DNA of 64,000 bases. It comes from an uncultured Clostridia bacterium (GTDB taxonomy: Bacteria > Bacillota > Clostridia > Christensenellales > UBA1242). Shown piece by piece: positions 1 to 11,073 of the stretch. How positions within the stretch are numbered: the stretch's first letter is position 1; each line of letters opens with the position of its first letter. The stretch covers positions 66,863-130,862 of the forward strand of contig CALWDZ010000001.1 of assembly GCA_944376845.1 (NCBI GenBank), read 5' to 3'. The translations under genes were made by a program, and so were the position numbers. The notes beneath the pieces were generated by a model. The model was not told where the DNA came from. It saw nothing but the letters and a program-made list of their open reading frames with translations, and did no database searches.

Positions 1-3000
1 TATCCCCATAACTTTCTGCGCCAGTAAGTGTTGCGCCACTATTTAATAATCCAGCAATACCACCGATACTAATTTGTGCCGCGCTACCAGATACTGTAAT
101 GTCAACAGTAGACTGAACTGCGTGTCTATCATTGCCATCACTTTCTCTTTGAAGTTTTCCTCCTGAAATTGCACCAAACACTCCACCGATATTGTTTGAA
201 TCGGTGGTTGCGGCGGTTGCTATGTTTCTTACATTGATGCCTGCACCATTATTTGAAATATCTATATCTGTAGAAGTATCAAAATTACAATTTAGAGCAT
301 AGCCAACAATACCGCCTATGTTAGAACTTTGAGCAGTTACGTTTATTAAAACACTTGTGTCTATTTGTTCAAATGTACAACTTTGAGCGTATCCTATTAG
401 ACCACCGATGCGAGAACTACTAAAGTTTACATTTTGAGCGGTTAAATTAACATCAAGGCCATTTGATGATATAACTGCATTATCTGCACGCCCAAACAAT
501 GTACCCATGTTAATGCCATAAACATTTGTTGCTTCGGTTGTATCACTAGTAGTAAAGTTAATGCTTGAACCAGAAATACCTTCTGGGTCTTCATCGCTTG
601 TAGCATTTATGTTTATTGTGGTTGAAGATGTCGAAGCCAGTCTACCACCAACAAGTCCTACATTTATTGAGTTGCCACTGATATTTGTAAGGTTTTTAAA
701 GTTGATATTACTACTATTTATAGTTACTCTATAAACTCCACCATTTGTTAAATTTGAATCACCAAAAACTAAGCCAAGATTAAGCGTACTATTGGCTTCA
801 TCCTCCAAGGTTATCTTTGAACTATCAATTTTAATATTATCAAAAGTCGTTGAACCCCTAGCGAGTCCTGTTACAAGTCCAAACCTTGATGTTGAACTAT
901 TTATTTCTGCATTAATGCTTGTAAATGTTAAGTCTGTAAATGTTGTATTTGTTGCATTCGCAACAAGCACAGCATCCTGACCAATGCCAGCACTTTCGAA
1001 TGAAGCTCCATCATACGCAATAGTGAAATTGCTAAATGTTGCACCTACAGTATTTAAGAATAGTGCTCTAGTTTGATTGACACCATCCTTAAACAAGAAT
1101 CCGTACTCAGACCTATTATCTAAACCACGAAGCATACCCGAGAATGTGGTGATAGGTGTGATTTGTGAAGTTATACCAATATATTCCACTCCATTAATGG
1201 TTTCGTTTGCATCGCTGTCGTCAGGGGCTATTACGAATATATCACCATCATTTGCTGTACGAAGAAGTTCAATGTCACCTTGGTCTCTAATGTAGTGAAT
1301 ATTGCTTGAATATCCAAAAACTATGTGTGGATAAAGTTCGTTGTCATCTCTTGACCAAGAATTTCTATCCCAATCGTTTCCAGTAAAGTAAACATCAAAC
1401 AACTCACCATCATCGCCAACACCAGAAATTGTGTCTTTAAGTGATGGTAAACTTGAAACATTTGTAATAGTAGTATTATTAATAAATCTATCATTAGGGG
1501 TAGTTTCAGATGTCCCATCTGCTTGCGATGTTACAAATTTAATTGCATCTTCTTCTAATGCCATAATATTAGAAGTCCCCGTAATTGTGACATCATCTTC
1601 AGCACAAGCGATTGAATATGCAGTGCCGTTTGTTGTGCTATCAATTAACCAATTGCCCCAGTAGTTTATTGCATTGACTTTTTCGAGTCTCATATCGCCT
1701 CTAGCAAAACCAACAATACCACTAGCAATTTTACTTGATTGAACATCTCCAGATGCATACACTTCAATCATTGTGGTCCCAACAGGTTCTGTGCTGGATG
1801 GGCTTTCGGTAAGTCCGATAATTCCGCCAGCATAAACACCATTTGTACCATTTGTATGTGTGTTAATTACATTGAGTTTTGAATAAGATTTTTCAATTTT
1901 TCCGCTAACCTGAAGTCCAACAAGTCCACCAATCGCTATTGGTGTGTAGCCTGTTGTTTGGAAAAGTGTTGTATTTCCACGGTCAACTGTATAGTCGCCG
2001 TTATAATAGTTTTTGATGTTTGCTTCAATGCTGTCATCACCCTCGTCATTAGGGTCACTATCGCCTATTTGCCATATTTTTTCGTGTTCGCTACGAACTT
2101 GACGGATATATCCGCCATTGTAACCAACTACGCCACCGGCAAAACCGTTATATGAATACAATCCCTGTTGTGAATACTGAGTGGATTCAAGATATGAAAG
2201 TTCATAAAGTGCATCTTGAAGAACAGTGAGAGCACCAACATAACCAACTACACCACCAACAGTACCACCAGAAATTATATTTGTACCAATTGTTTTTAGC
2301 ATAATTGCATTGCCATCTGCGGAAATCTCAGAATCGGCATATGTTACTATATTTATTGATGACTCCGTATAAACATCGATGACACCTACTACACCACCAG
2401 CATAGGATACATTTGTGTTTAACAAATCACTTGTACGGTTATAAGTGTTGTATGAGATATATGAAGAGCCTGAGTAGTTGGCTGGATTCATACTTGCGGT
2501 GACACTAATGTCTGTAGCACTTAGATTGAAGATATAAGAATCCCCTATTACTCTACCAATAAGTCCACCGACTACATTTCTGCCTCTTACGGTAACGCTG
2601 TTTGAATCTGAATATAAAGAGGTAAGATTTACATTTATAACTTTTGAATTTTCAACAGTTCCTGCAAGAGCACCAACATATTCAACTCCCGATGCTTCAA
2701 CTCCGAATACATCTCCGCCAGCATTGGTTGAACCAAGAACTAAGTTGACATTTTGGACAATTGCGCCATCCGTTATACTTGCAAATAGTCCAAAGTTGAC
2801 CGCTTCTCTATCTGGATCTGCAAGAGCAAGACCATTGATTGTAAGCCCATTTCCATCAAACTTACCTATTGAACCGCCGTCACCTTGATCCATATATTTT
2901 CCAGTCAAAGTCATACTTGATGATGCAAGTGTGTATGTGTTATTTGTATCTGTTACAAGTTCACTTAAATCTATATCATTTATAAGCCTGTATGAACCAA

Positions 3001-6000
3001 AAATCTCACCTGAGTTTGTGTTTACATATCTTGATGCACTCGAATTATCTGTACCACTAAATACTCTTGCAAATTCCTCAGCCGACCTTATAAGTATTGG
3101 GTTATTTTTTGAACCATATTGATATTCATCAACATATGTAAATATTGGCCTTGTGTCAGAGCTTGTTTGACTTGCATATCTTAGCGATACTGCAATTTGG
3201 TTTGCACTGACAAGTTCTGGCCCTACATTTGTCATTACCCAAATACCATCGTCAGCATTTTCTGAAGTTCTATCGGCAAAACTAAAGCCATATAAATAGT
3301 CTTCAAGTGTGATGTTGCTGATATAAGTTGCACCTTCGCCATAAGCAGATTCGATAAGTATTGATGAATCAGAAAGTGAAACTTCATCGTAATAATATGA
3401 ATTACTTATTTCGCCCAAGTTTTGATAATTACCATAGTCGTCAACACCAGCAAAATTCATTTGTGTGGTAGTTGAACCTATTATTCTTGATAACGACAAA
3501 CTGGTTTCAATGACACCAGTAGCGGTATTGCGGTATACAAAACCTGCACTATTTCTACCTGGGTTGTCATTTTGGTTTGTAAGAGTGATATTTGAGTAAC
3601 TGTTATTTATTTCTCCTGAGTTTTCATATACAAAACCCGCACTTATACCAGAAGTTTCAATTCCATAAAGTGCCGCATGAACATCGGTTTCATTTTGCTT
3701 TACACCTTTGGAGTAACTTGCACTGATAAGTCCTGCGTTGTTTATTACAAAGCCAGAAGTAATAGTTGTATAGTCGATATTACTGTTATTTATAATACGC
3801 ATATTTGATGCATATGAACTTACAATATGACCATTACCTGAGTTTTGATATACAAAACCTGCAATTTCGCCGAAAGATGAAATTACAAATGGAGAGAGTA
3901 TATGTGTTGATGGGATAACTGCGCCTGTGTTTACATATCCACCATCTATATTTACTATATCATAATTATATTCAACTACCTCTTCTCCACCAACACGGCT
4001 ATTTGTAATTATCCCGTTGTTTGTGATGACAAAGCCTGCTGTGGTTGCAGAAACTCCAATAGTTGAATCTACTGTAACATTTATACCATTTACTCTTGGA
4101 GCAATTTCGTTGCTAAGTTCTCTAAAACTTACAACTTCGCAGTTGGTTATTATACCATTATTAGTGATTGCAATTGGGGCAACATTTACAGTGGTTGTAA
4201 ATGCTGACCTTATATCAATTGTTCCAACATGGAAAACATTTACTCTCAAATTTTTAAGAGTTGTATTTGACGAAACTGTATTAAACAATGACAAGTTTAT
4301 TTGTGACTGAGTATTGTCATAATTAAAGCCCACTATTATTATTTGATAGCCGTTGCCATCAAGGCTACGTATCATAGATGTATCGGTGACAGGAGTATAG
4401 TTATACAGATATATATCTGAAGTTAATATGTAATCCTCTTCAGTTTCACCATTTATTGCATCCATAAACTCTTCTGCATTAGAAATTTGTGCTGGAGAGT
4501 CGTCACTTGTTGGGTCTGAAATTACAATGTCAAAGAAATATGAATAAGTGTACATTGTTAAATCTGGCATTTGAACTCTCATTTGTAGCATCATTCTCTG
4601 TGTGCCATTTTGCGTACCCTTAAATCTTATATCTCCATTTGAATCTACAATAAACTCAACTATTGCATCACTTGGTCTACCAGTAGAAACAGGAGTATAA
4701 GCATTCCCATTTACATAGTATAAGTTATACAATAAGTTATATTTGCCAACTAAACTTGGATATTTTTCGCTATCAAATTCTACACCTTCTGTATTTATTT
4801 CATAATCACCGTTTTGATAATGATTATTTTCTACAAAAGCGTTATATGCGTTTTCGCTATATGAAAGTGAGCCGTCTGAATTTTCTATATATCTTCCACC
4901 AAAGTTAAACTCAAGGGAGTGATAGAAATACTGGTCACCAGTAGCAATATCAGTGCCGTCCCCATTTGCTATGTGAGTGTTTGTAAAATCTAATTCAAAA
5001 TCTATAACATAAATTGTTAAATATGAGTATACAATTTCTTCAACACCGTTTATTGTTCTTGAAGTGCTTACTCTAACTCTAAAGTTGCCACTATTTTCAC
5101 CAATAGTTATATCTATACTTGCACGATAATAACTTGTAGCATATTCTTCTCTATCTGCATCACTTATGCTTGATGGTAATGTTACATCAACTGCTGGATT
5201 GGTATCTGATATAACCCCGTCAAATGCCTCAATTGCTCTAATGTTTTGTGTTTGGTCCCAAACCACGTCAGCGGTTATTGTTTCACCTCTTATTGCATAA
5301 ATTGATGACTGTCCGTCAACAGTTATACCCGCTCTTTCCTGTGGAACAATAATTAGTGAATATGGCAATGTATACATAACTTCATCACCATTGTAAACAG
5401 TTATATTTATTGTGTAGACGGTGTCTACTTCAACATTTTCTGGAACACGAACTCTAACATAGTATCTTGCAACTTCTTCACTGCCAGCAACTTTGTATAT
5501 TTCTATACCGTTTGTAATATAAGCAAAAGTATTGGCAAGGTTTACTCTATAGCCTTGACCGGCTTTTCTCATATTTAAGAAACTAAGTGCCTGTCCATTT
5601 TGTGCTTCGCTTGTAACTGTTACATGTGTGTAATTTGCATATGATGGATAAACCATTACATCCAAAAGTCCCGTTGTGCCTGGTGAGAGCACATTGTTTG
5701 GATAATAATTATAAAGAGATACGCCTTCTTGGTTGTTGTCCACACCTCTATAAGCATAGTGATTTACATCAACTCGTAAAATTTCTTGTTCTAGAACTGT
5801 CAAAGCAAGTGTTGCCCTTATATCATCATATTCACTTGGGCTATTTGTACTAAATACAACAGTGTAATTACTATCAAAACTAGATAAAGTTTTATCTAGA
5901 CTGAAAGTTAAAGTATATCTTCTAGTTGTAGTACCATTATCATTTACAACTTCAGTAAATTCTTGATCACCACTATATATAACATCAGTTGTGGTTTCGC

Positions 6001-9000
6001 CATCAGAACCAAAGAAATTGATAATAAGTTCATTTCCTTCTAGGATATCCAAATACTTGGTATCTGAAGTTACTTCAACAACAACAGTAAGTTCATCACT
6101 TGCTGAAATAGTTGCACTATTAACCGACGAAACAAGTGAAACTGGTCCATATATTTTTTGAAGTGTAATTGTTTTTTGGGTGTAATCTTTTAAAGATTGT
6201 AGGTTATTTCCGCTTAAGCCTTCAAGATACAAATAGACTTGAAGTGTTGCGCTTTCACCTTCAAAATCTGCCACAACGGTGTGTGTGCCAAGGATTGAAC
6301 CTATAACATATGTGGCATTTTCATTATTTTCATCAACAAAACGCACTGCAAAATTGTTTTGCATGAGTGGGATTTGTCTATCAACAAGAGTAACTATAGA
6401 TGTAAGAGATGATGATAATGTTTCGTTGACTCTTGTTCTAATATTTATGTTAGAAGACTCACCTAAAGTTTGTCCATTGTATGAAAGTGTCAATTCTGAG
6501 GTGTAATATATAACATTGACAGTGACTTGTCTTGTTCCTACAGAATAATCATATCTTGAACTTATTGTAAGTGTGGTTGTTCCGATATTTTTAACAACTA
6601 AGCCATTTGATGTGGTTGAAATAACATTGTTGTTTGAAGATGTTACAATTAAACCACCAAGTGAATATGTGCCAAAAAGGTCACCATATGATATGGTGTT
6701 GATAAGCGTTAAAAGTTGTTGCTCACGGCTTGTGAGATTGACTCCACTTGCACGATAAACAAACATAACTGCTTCATAGCCATTTTGTTCATCACCATTT
6801 TCTGCAAGAGATAATCTTGACTGAGTAATTCTAAGTGATGCCAAGTCTTCACTTGTTATAGCAGAAACTGGTCTTACATTATATAGATAAGGGAAACCAT
6901 AGTTTGCTTCTACATCTTGATTATACCAAATGGCGCTAGATGTGTTCATTCCAACATTTGGATAATTTTGTGTATCTGTACTTGAATAATGCCCTGAAAT
7001 GGTTCTATTTAAATTATTTGTCATGTAATATGTAAACAAAATTTGCCCATCAGTTGATTTTGTGATTGTGTAACTGTCTGAAATTATTGATGATAAACTT
7101 TCGTCTACACCTTCACCAAGTTGTGCATAAAAACCACCAAATTCACCAACATCACCAAATGATTGGTCAATTCGTGTTTGAACACCAGATATGATACCAA
7201 CTATAGCACCCACGCTATTTGAAGATGAAACGCTGTCGGCACTAAAATTGTAGGCATAACTTCTTCTGATAATACCATTGCCAGCAAGTTCTCCGGCTAT
7301 CATACCAACCACAGAACCTTCAAACTTGGTTGTTATATCATTTTGTAAGTTATAGAAAAGCACTTTACTATCTATAATTTGACCATTGTTTACTGCGGCA
7401 ATTCCGCCGACAATGCCATTTGCAGATATATTTCCAACAAATGTTACATTTTCAATAAGTCCTGTATTGGTTTGTACGATACCACCAGCATTACCTTGTG
7501 AATAAGTTACTCCAGAAGACCTTATTTCATTTTCATCCGTGAAAACATCCACTGTCACATTTCGTATTGTTCCAGTGTTGGCATCAACAAGCATTGATGT
7601 AGAATTTACATTACCTACAACTATTAAATCTTCAATTACCGCATTGGCACTAAGTGTACCAAACAAGTTGCTACTATTATTCATAGTAATGGTAGCAACA
7701 GAACTTGCATTTGTTTCAACACTACCGTATAAGCCACCTGTAAATGTACCAAATTTTTGCTCGGCGCCTGAATATGTAACATCATTTAAAAGTACATAAT
7801 GCAAGTTAGCATCTGTCATTTCACTAAAATCAGAGATTCTTAATGCAGTTTCGCGTGATCTGCCGTCAGCGACCAAAATGTCGACTTCGGCATACACATA
7901 TCCGTCACGATAATACTCATGACCATTCTCGTCAGTGAATACGCTATCTTTTGGAATTACCCTAATCTTTCCGCTTCCACCTACAGTTCCTGTGGTAGTA
8001 ATAAGCCCATCGTCACTTATAGATAATATACTACTGAGTGTACCACTATCTGGAATAAATCTATAAACAACATCCCTATTTAGTGCATTTGTAGGCAAAG
8101 CATTTACAGCAAGTTTAAACGATGTAAGCCCAATGTCATCTGTCAAATTTGGTGTCATTAAATATATTCCGTCACTGCTTACATTTCCTATTACAACTTC
8201 TTCAACAAGTTGTGGCTTTTCCATTGAAATTGTTACAGATATTGAATATTCATTTCTATCAAGATTTAAGTCACGAGAAACAAAATTTATTATAGTTGAC
8301 TCAAATTCAGTTTCTCCAATGCCGTCTGTACCGTCATCATTACGCGAAAGTGCACGAACTAAGAATTGATAATCATTAAGTTTTTCAATTTCAAAATTGA
8401 CTACTCCGCCAGGAATGAAATATTGATATAGTCCATTTCCAGCATCGGTCATACCTTCAATTTCAAGCAAATTGTATGTTGGCAATAAAGTTCCGCGATT
8501 GACTGTAAGAGTAATAACCTGTTCTGAAAGTGAAGTATCTCCTTGCCCAAGTTCATCGGCAGCATATAAACTTACTTCTTTGGCATCAATTTCTATAGAT
8601 ATTATAGGGTTATATATTTCAACTAATATATATTTACTAATTTGTATATCTGTATATATGTATTCACCATTACCTTCTGCAATAATCTGTTTACCTGTAA
8701 AGGTTGCTCTTATCCAAACTTTACCTACAGTTATTGGAGAAAGATAACTTAAAGAACGCAAATAATTTGCACTTATTACATTTGAATTGTTGTTTGTAAA
8801 GGCTTCATCTGTTGGACAATTGTTTCCAAAAGTTACATAAGCACCATTTTCGTCATAGACATCGTCATTATTTTCATCATATACATAATCTACAAAATTA
8901 AAAGCAATGCTTTCAATGTCTGTATTCCCAGTAAATGTTAATGGCAAAGATTGACCGTTTTTGAGTGCAACATATACCAAACTATAATCTTCATAGACTA

Positions 9001-10792
9001 GGTTACCAACCGCGGTTGATGTTGAGAAATTAGGGTCAATCCCTATTCTTACATCATTTAAATTATCTATAACATTTACCGTAGCCCGAACTTGTTGACC
9101 CGAAACAAAACTTATGACAAGTTCTCCCGTGCCACTATTGTTTGCTATTATTTCAACTGTGTAAATAGTTGCGCCGTTTAAAGTTTGATTTGTATTTATA
9201 ATTTGCCCAACAGAAAATGCATCGCTTGTGGAGTAAATATCAACAACATTTGCATCTGTTAAGTCAATTGATGTTGGTGCAACGGCAACCTGTACCAAAT
9301 ATGATGAATATTCATCTGTGTCAAGATAAAATTCACGAGTTGATAGCACTCCGTCACCCGCACTATTGACAAAGCCAAGCGATGTAACGCCTTCCAAAAG
9401 AGTAAAAGTTATATTTTTTTCTATATCTACATTTTCTCTTTCACTTCTTACAGTTACTTCGATGGTATCATTAAGAGTAAAACCACTTCTTGCTATAAAA
9501 TAGAAAGTTTCACCACTATCAAATAAATACTGGTTATTTGTAAATTGAATTATGTTGCCACGGCCATCTCTAACTATTACATAATTTTGATCAGCAGCAC
9601 TTATATTTAATGAAAGTTGGTCATTTGTTGCGGTGGCTGGAACTGCTGCAAATGTAAGTGCATAACCTTCAATGTTACCCGTTGAATAAGTTGTGTAAAG
9701 GTTAATTGGACTACTTATATCAACTGGAATTTGGTTATTTGTTATGCTTATATCACGAATTTCATCTATGACGTTTATAATCACTCTGCCGTTTTGACTG
9801 TTTGCAGTAGAATAAACTATATCAGGATAATTTTCGTAACTGAGCAAAAACCATATAGTGTCCTGCCCTAAACTTGAATTTTCCGCCATCAATGTGAAAT
9901 TAAACACATATTCATAATAGGAACCACTATCTACAGGGTAACTAAGTGTATCATCTAATACTATGCCTTTGTCATTGTAGGCAAACTGAGGTACAATGTT
10001 TAACTTTTGTGTAGTTACAGAATATGGCACCCTGACATAAATAGATATTATGCTGTTTGATGTGTTTGTACGCGAGATTTCAATACTATCAAGTTTTGCA
10101 CCGGACTGGTCAACAATCTCAACACTATCAACATCAATTGCATTTATAACATCTATGGTGATGTTGGTTCTAACATTATCTCTATGTGCAGAAACAACCT
10201 CGACGGTGATACTTTCAGGAATATCACTTAGTCCAGGTTGAATTGTTAAAATATTATTTTCAATTGTAACACCCTCTATGGTGTCAACAAGGTTAAATAT
10301 AAGTCCAGTTTGGCTTGTTCCTTCTGGAGATATTGTAAAGAGGTTTTGACTGAGTTCAAATGTGCCACCTAGAGCAGCATCATAGGACATTGCGTATGTA
10401 GTTTGGTTTGGAGTGATTGCAGTAACTGGCAGAGTTGCTGTTACAGTGAAGGCTGTTGATTTCGCAACACCGTTTACCACCACTTCAACATTTTGACAAG
10501 CCCTTAGTGCAGTAACTGTAATTTCACTTACACCATCGCTTGAAGGTCTGCCGACTGATACTTGAATGCTTTGAGAATCATATTGCACAGATACCGCGTT
10601 GTCAGTTGCATTTTGAACTGTTGCATAGATTGTCCCTGTGTTATCATTTTCTCCAAGTACAATTTCAAGTTGCAACGCGCTTAAAGAAATTGTCATGTTG
10701 TCATTGTTCTCTCCACATGCGGACAAAACAACAGCACCACAACCAACTATAAGCATAAGTATCGAAACAAATAAAGTCCTCAGTCTTTTCAT
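1..10792 (-). CDS. Giant surface protein, partial (>3597 aa; C-terminus lies beyond the window start). It has a lipoprotein-type signal peptide, a long Ig-like/beta-sandwich-looking region, and two blocks of ~30-aa G-G-[ILV]-[IVA]-G (GLUG-like, beta-helix-type) repeats.
   Basis: Absent from the supplied ORF track because it has no stop inside the window. The minus-strand ATG is at 10792-10790, with GAGGAG (10800-10805) 7 nt upstream. The N-terminus reads MKRLRTLFVSILMLIVGCGAVVLSACGENN (lipobox-like IVGC/LSAC). In-frame hand translations: 7438-7382 = VGNISANGIVGGIAAVNNG; 478-362 = AVISSNGLDVNLTAQNVNFSSSRIGGLIGYAQSCTFEQI; 58-2 = IAGLLNSGATLTGAESYGD. No terminated minus-strand ORF in this frame is listed anywhere in 1-10792, so the frame must remain open to position 1. 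Confidence 0.85.
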   Translation of the reverse strand, partial: MKRLRTLFVSILMLIVGCGAVVLSACGENNDNMTISLSALQLEIVLGENDNTGTIYATVQNATDNAVSVQYDSQSIQVSVGRPSSDGVSEITVTALRACQNVEVVVNGVAKSTAFTVTATLPVTAITPNQTTYAMSYDAALGGTFELSQNLFTISPEGTSQTGLIFNLVDTIEGVTIENNILTIQPGLSDIPESITVEVVSAHRDNVRTNITIDVINAIDVDSVEIVDQSGAKLDSIEISRTNTSNSIISIYVRVPYSVTTQKLNIVPQFAYNDKGIVLDDTLSYPVDSGSYYEYVFNFTLMAENSSLGQDTIWFLLSYENYPDIVYSTANSQNGRVIINVIDEIRDISITNNQIPVDISSPINLYTTYSTGNIEGYALTFAAVPATATNDQLSLNISAADQNYVIVRDGRGNIIQFTNNQYLFDSGETFYFIARSGFTLNDTIEVTVRSERENVDIEKNITFTLLEGVTSLGFVNSAGDGVLSTREFYLDTDEYSSYLVQVAVAPTSIDLTDANVVDIYSTSDAFSVGQIINTNQTLNGATIYTVEIIANNSGTGELVISFVSGQQVRATVNVIDNLNDVRIGIDPNFSTSTAVGNLVYEDYSLVYVALKNGQSLPLTFTGNTDIESIAFNFVDYVYDENNDDVYDENGAYVTFGNNCPTDEAFTNNNSNVISANYLRSLSYLSPITVGKVWIRATFTGKQIIAEGNGEYIYTDIQISKYILVEIYNPIISIEIDAKEVSLYAADELGQGDTSLSEQVITLTVNRGTLLPTYNLLEIEGMTDAGNGLYQYFIPGGVVNFEIEKLNDYQFLVRALSRNDDGTDGIGETEFESTIINFVSRDLNLDRNEYSISVTISMEKPQLVEEVVIGNVSSDGIYLMTPNLTDDIGLTSFKLAVNALPTNALNRDVVYRFIPDSGTLSSILSISDDGLITTTGTVGGSGKIRVIPKDSVFTDENGHEYYRDGYVYAEVDILVADGRSRETALRISDFSEMTDANLHYVLLNDVTYSGAEQKFGTFTGGLYGSVETNASSVATITMNNSSNLFGTLSANAVIEDLIVVGNVNSTSMLVDANTGTIRNVTVDVFTDENEIRSSGVTYSQGNAGGIVQTNTGLIENVTFVGNISANGIVGGIAAVNNGQIIDSKVLFYNLQNDITTKFEGSVVGMIAGELAGNGIIRRSYAYNFSADSVSSSNSVGAIVGIISGVQTRIDQSFGDVGEFGGFYAQLGEGVDESLSSIISDSYTITKSTDGQILFTYYMTNNLNRTISGHYSSTDTQNYPNVGMNTSSAIWYNQDVEANYGFPYLYNVRPVSAITSEDLASLRITQSRLSLAENGDEQNGYEAVMFVYRASGVNLTSREQQLLTLINTISYGDLFGTYSLGGLIVTSSNNNVISTTSNGLVVKNIGTTTLTISSRYDYSVGTRQVTVNVIYYTSELTLSYNGQTLGESSNINIRTRVNETLSSSLTSIVTLVDRQIPLMQNNFAVRFVDENNENATYVIGSILGTHTVVADFEGESATLQVYLYLEGLSGNNLQSLKDYTQKTITLQKIYGPVSLVSSVNSATISASDELTVVVEVTSDTKYLDILEGNELIINFFGSDGETTTDVIYSGDQEFTEVVNDNGTTTRRYTLTFSLDKTLSSFDSNYTVVFSTNSPSEYDDIRATLALTVLEQEILRVDVNHYAYRGVDNNQEGVSLYNYYPNNVLSPGTTGLLDVMVYPSYANYTHVTVTSEAQNGQALSFLNMRKAGQGYRVNLANTFAYITNGIEIYKVAGSEEVARYYVRVRVPENVEVDTVYTINITVYNGDEVMYTLPYSLIIVPQERAGITVDGQSSIYAIRGETITADVVWDQTQNIRAIEAFDGVISDTNPAVDVTLPSSISDADREEYATSYYRASIDITIGENSGNFRVRVSTSRTINGVEEIVYSYLTIYVIDFELDFTNTHIANGDGTDIATGDQYFYHSLEFNFGGRYIENSDGSLSYSENAYNAFVENNHYQNGDYEINTEGVEFDSEKYPSLVGKYNLLYNLYYVNGNAYTPVSTGRPSDAIVEFIVDSNGDIRFKGTQNGTQRMMLQMRVQMPDLTMYTYSYFFDIVISDPTSDDSPAQISNAEEFMDAINGETEEDYILTSDIYLYNYTPVTDTSMIRSLDGNGYQIIIVGFNYDNTQSQINLSLFNTVSSNTTLKNLRVNVFHVGTIDIRSAFTTTVNVAPIAITNNGIITNCEVVSFRELSNEIAPRVNGINVTVDSTIGVSATTAGFVITNNGIITNSRVGGEEVVEYNYDIVNIDGGYVNTGAVIPSTHILSPFVISSFGEIAGFVYQNSGNGHIVSSYASNMRIINNSNIDYTTITSGFVINNAGLISASYSKGVKQNETDVHAALYGIETSGISAGFVYENSGEINNSYSNITLTNQNDNPGRNSAGFVYRNTATGVIETSLSLSRIIGSTTTQMNFAGVDDYGNYQNLGEISNSYYYDEVSLSDSSILIESAYGEGATYISNITLEDYLYGFSFADRTSENADDGIWVMTNVGPELVSANQIAVSLRYASQTSSDTRPIFTYVDEYQYGSKNNPILIRSAEEFARVFSGTDNSSASRYVNTNSGEIFGSYRLINDIDLSELVTDTNNTYTLASSSMTLTGKYMDQGDGGSIGKFDGNGLTINGLALADPDREAVNFGLFASITDGAIVQNVNLVLGSTNAGGDVFGVEASGVEYVGALAGTVENSKVINVNLTSLYSDSNSVTVRGRNVVGGLIGRVIGDSYIFNLSATDISVTASMNPANYSGSSYISYNTYNRTSDLLNTNVSYAGGVVGVIDVYTESSINIVTYADSEISADGNAIMLKTIGTNIISGGTVGGVVGYVGALTVLQDALYELSYLESTQYSQQGLYSYNGFAGGVVGYNGGYIRQVRSEHEKIWQIGDSDPNDEGDDSIEANIKNYYNGDYTVDRGNTTLFQTTGYTPIAIGGLVGLQVSGKIEKSYSKLNVINTHTNGTNGVYAGGIIGLTESPSSTEPVGTTMIEVYASGDVQSSKIASGIVGFARGDMRLEKVNAINYWGNWLIDSTTNGTAYSIACAEDDVTITGTSNIMALEEDAIKFVTSQADGTSETTPNDRFINNTTITNVSSLPSLKDTISGVGDDGELFDVYFTGNDWDRNSWSRDDNELYPHIVFGYSSNIHYIRDQGDIELLRTANDGDIFVIAPDDSDANETINGVEYIGITSQITPITTFSGMLRGLDNRSEYGFLFKDGVNQTRALFLNTVGATFSNFTIAYDGASFESAGIGQDAVLVANATNTTFTDLTFTSINAEINSSTSRFGLVTGLARGSTTFDNIKIDSSKITLEDEANSTLNLGLVFGDSNLTNGGVYRVTINSSNINFKNLTNISGNSINVGLVGGRLASTSSTTININATSDEDPEGISGSSINFTTSDTTEATNVYGINMGTLFGRADNAVISSNGLDVNLTAQNVNFSSSRIGGLIGYAQSCTFEQIDTSVLINVTAQSSNIGGIVGYALNCNFDTSTDIDISNNGAGINVRNIATAATTDSNNIGGVFGAISGGKLQRESDGNDRHAVQSTVDITVSGSAAQISIGGIAGLLNSGATLTGAESYGD

Positions 10793-11000
10793 AAGCCAAC
10801 TCCTCTTCTATTGTTTTCCAATTTTTGGTTTTTATTATCACATAATAAACCAAATGACATAGTAAGTATAAATATATTTATAAAATGTGTCAAATTTTTT
10901 TAAGACAAAAATTTCCATTTTTTTATTTTTAAAACAAATTTCCGAAAGAAAAAAATATAAAATAATTTAATAAATTTTTTAAAAATATTTTTAAAAAAAT

Positions 11001-11038
11001 AAAATAAAAAAAACATATTTTAACTATGTTAAAATATG
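11001..11038 (-). terminator. Intrinsic terminator downstream of spoIIID
   Basis: Perfect 11-bp inverted repeat CATATTTTAAC-TAT-GTTAAAATATG (11014-11038). On the minus strand it is followed by a long T run (plus-strand A run 11001-11013). Confidence 0.7.
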
Positions 11039-11073
11039 AATTTACAAAAAAATACTAAAAATAAAAAATTATT

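Noticed and set aside
792-10862. About twenty plus-strand ORFs of 60-97 aa, and one minus-strand ORF (1321-1518), listed in the track across the first 10.8 kb
   Set aside because: All lie antisense to, or out of frame with, the single giant minus-strand reading frame (ATG at 10792). Their products are low-complexity mirror translations with no RBS or motif support.
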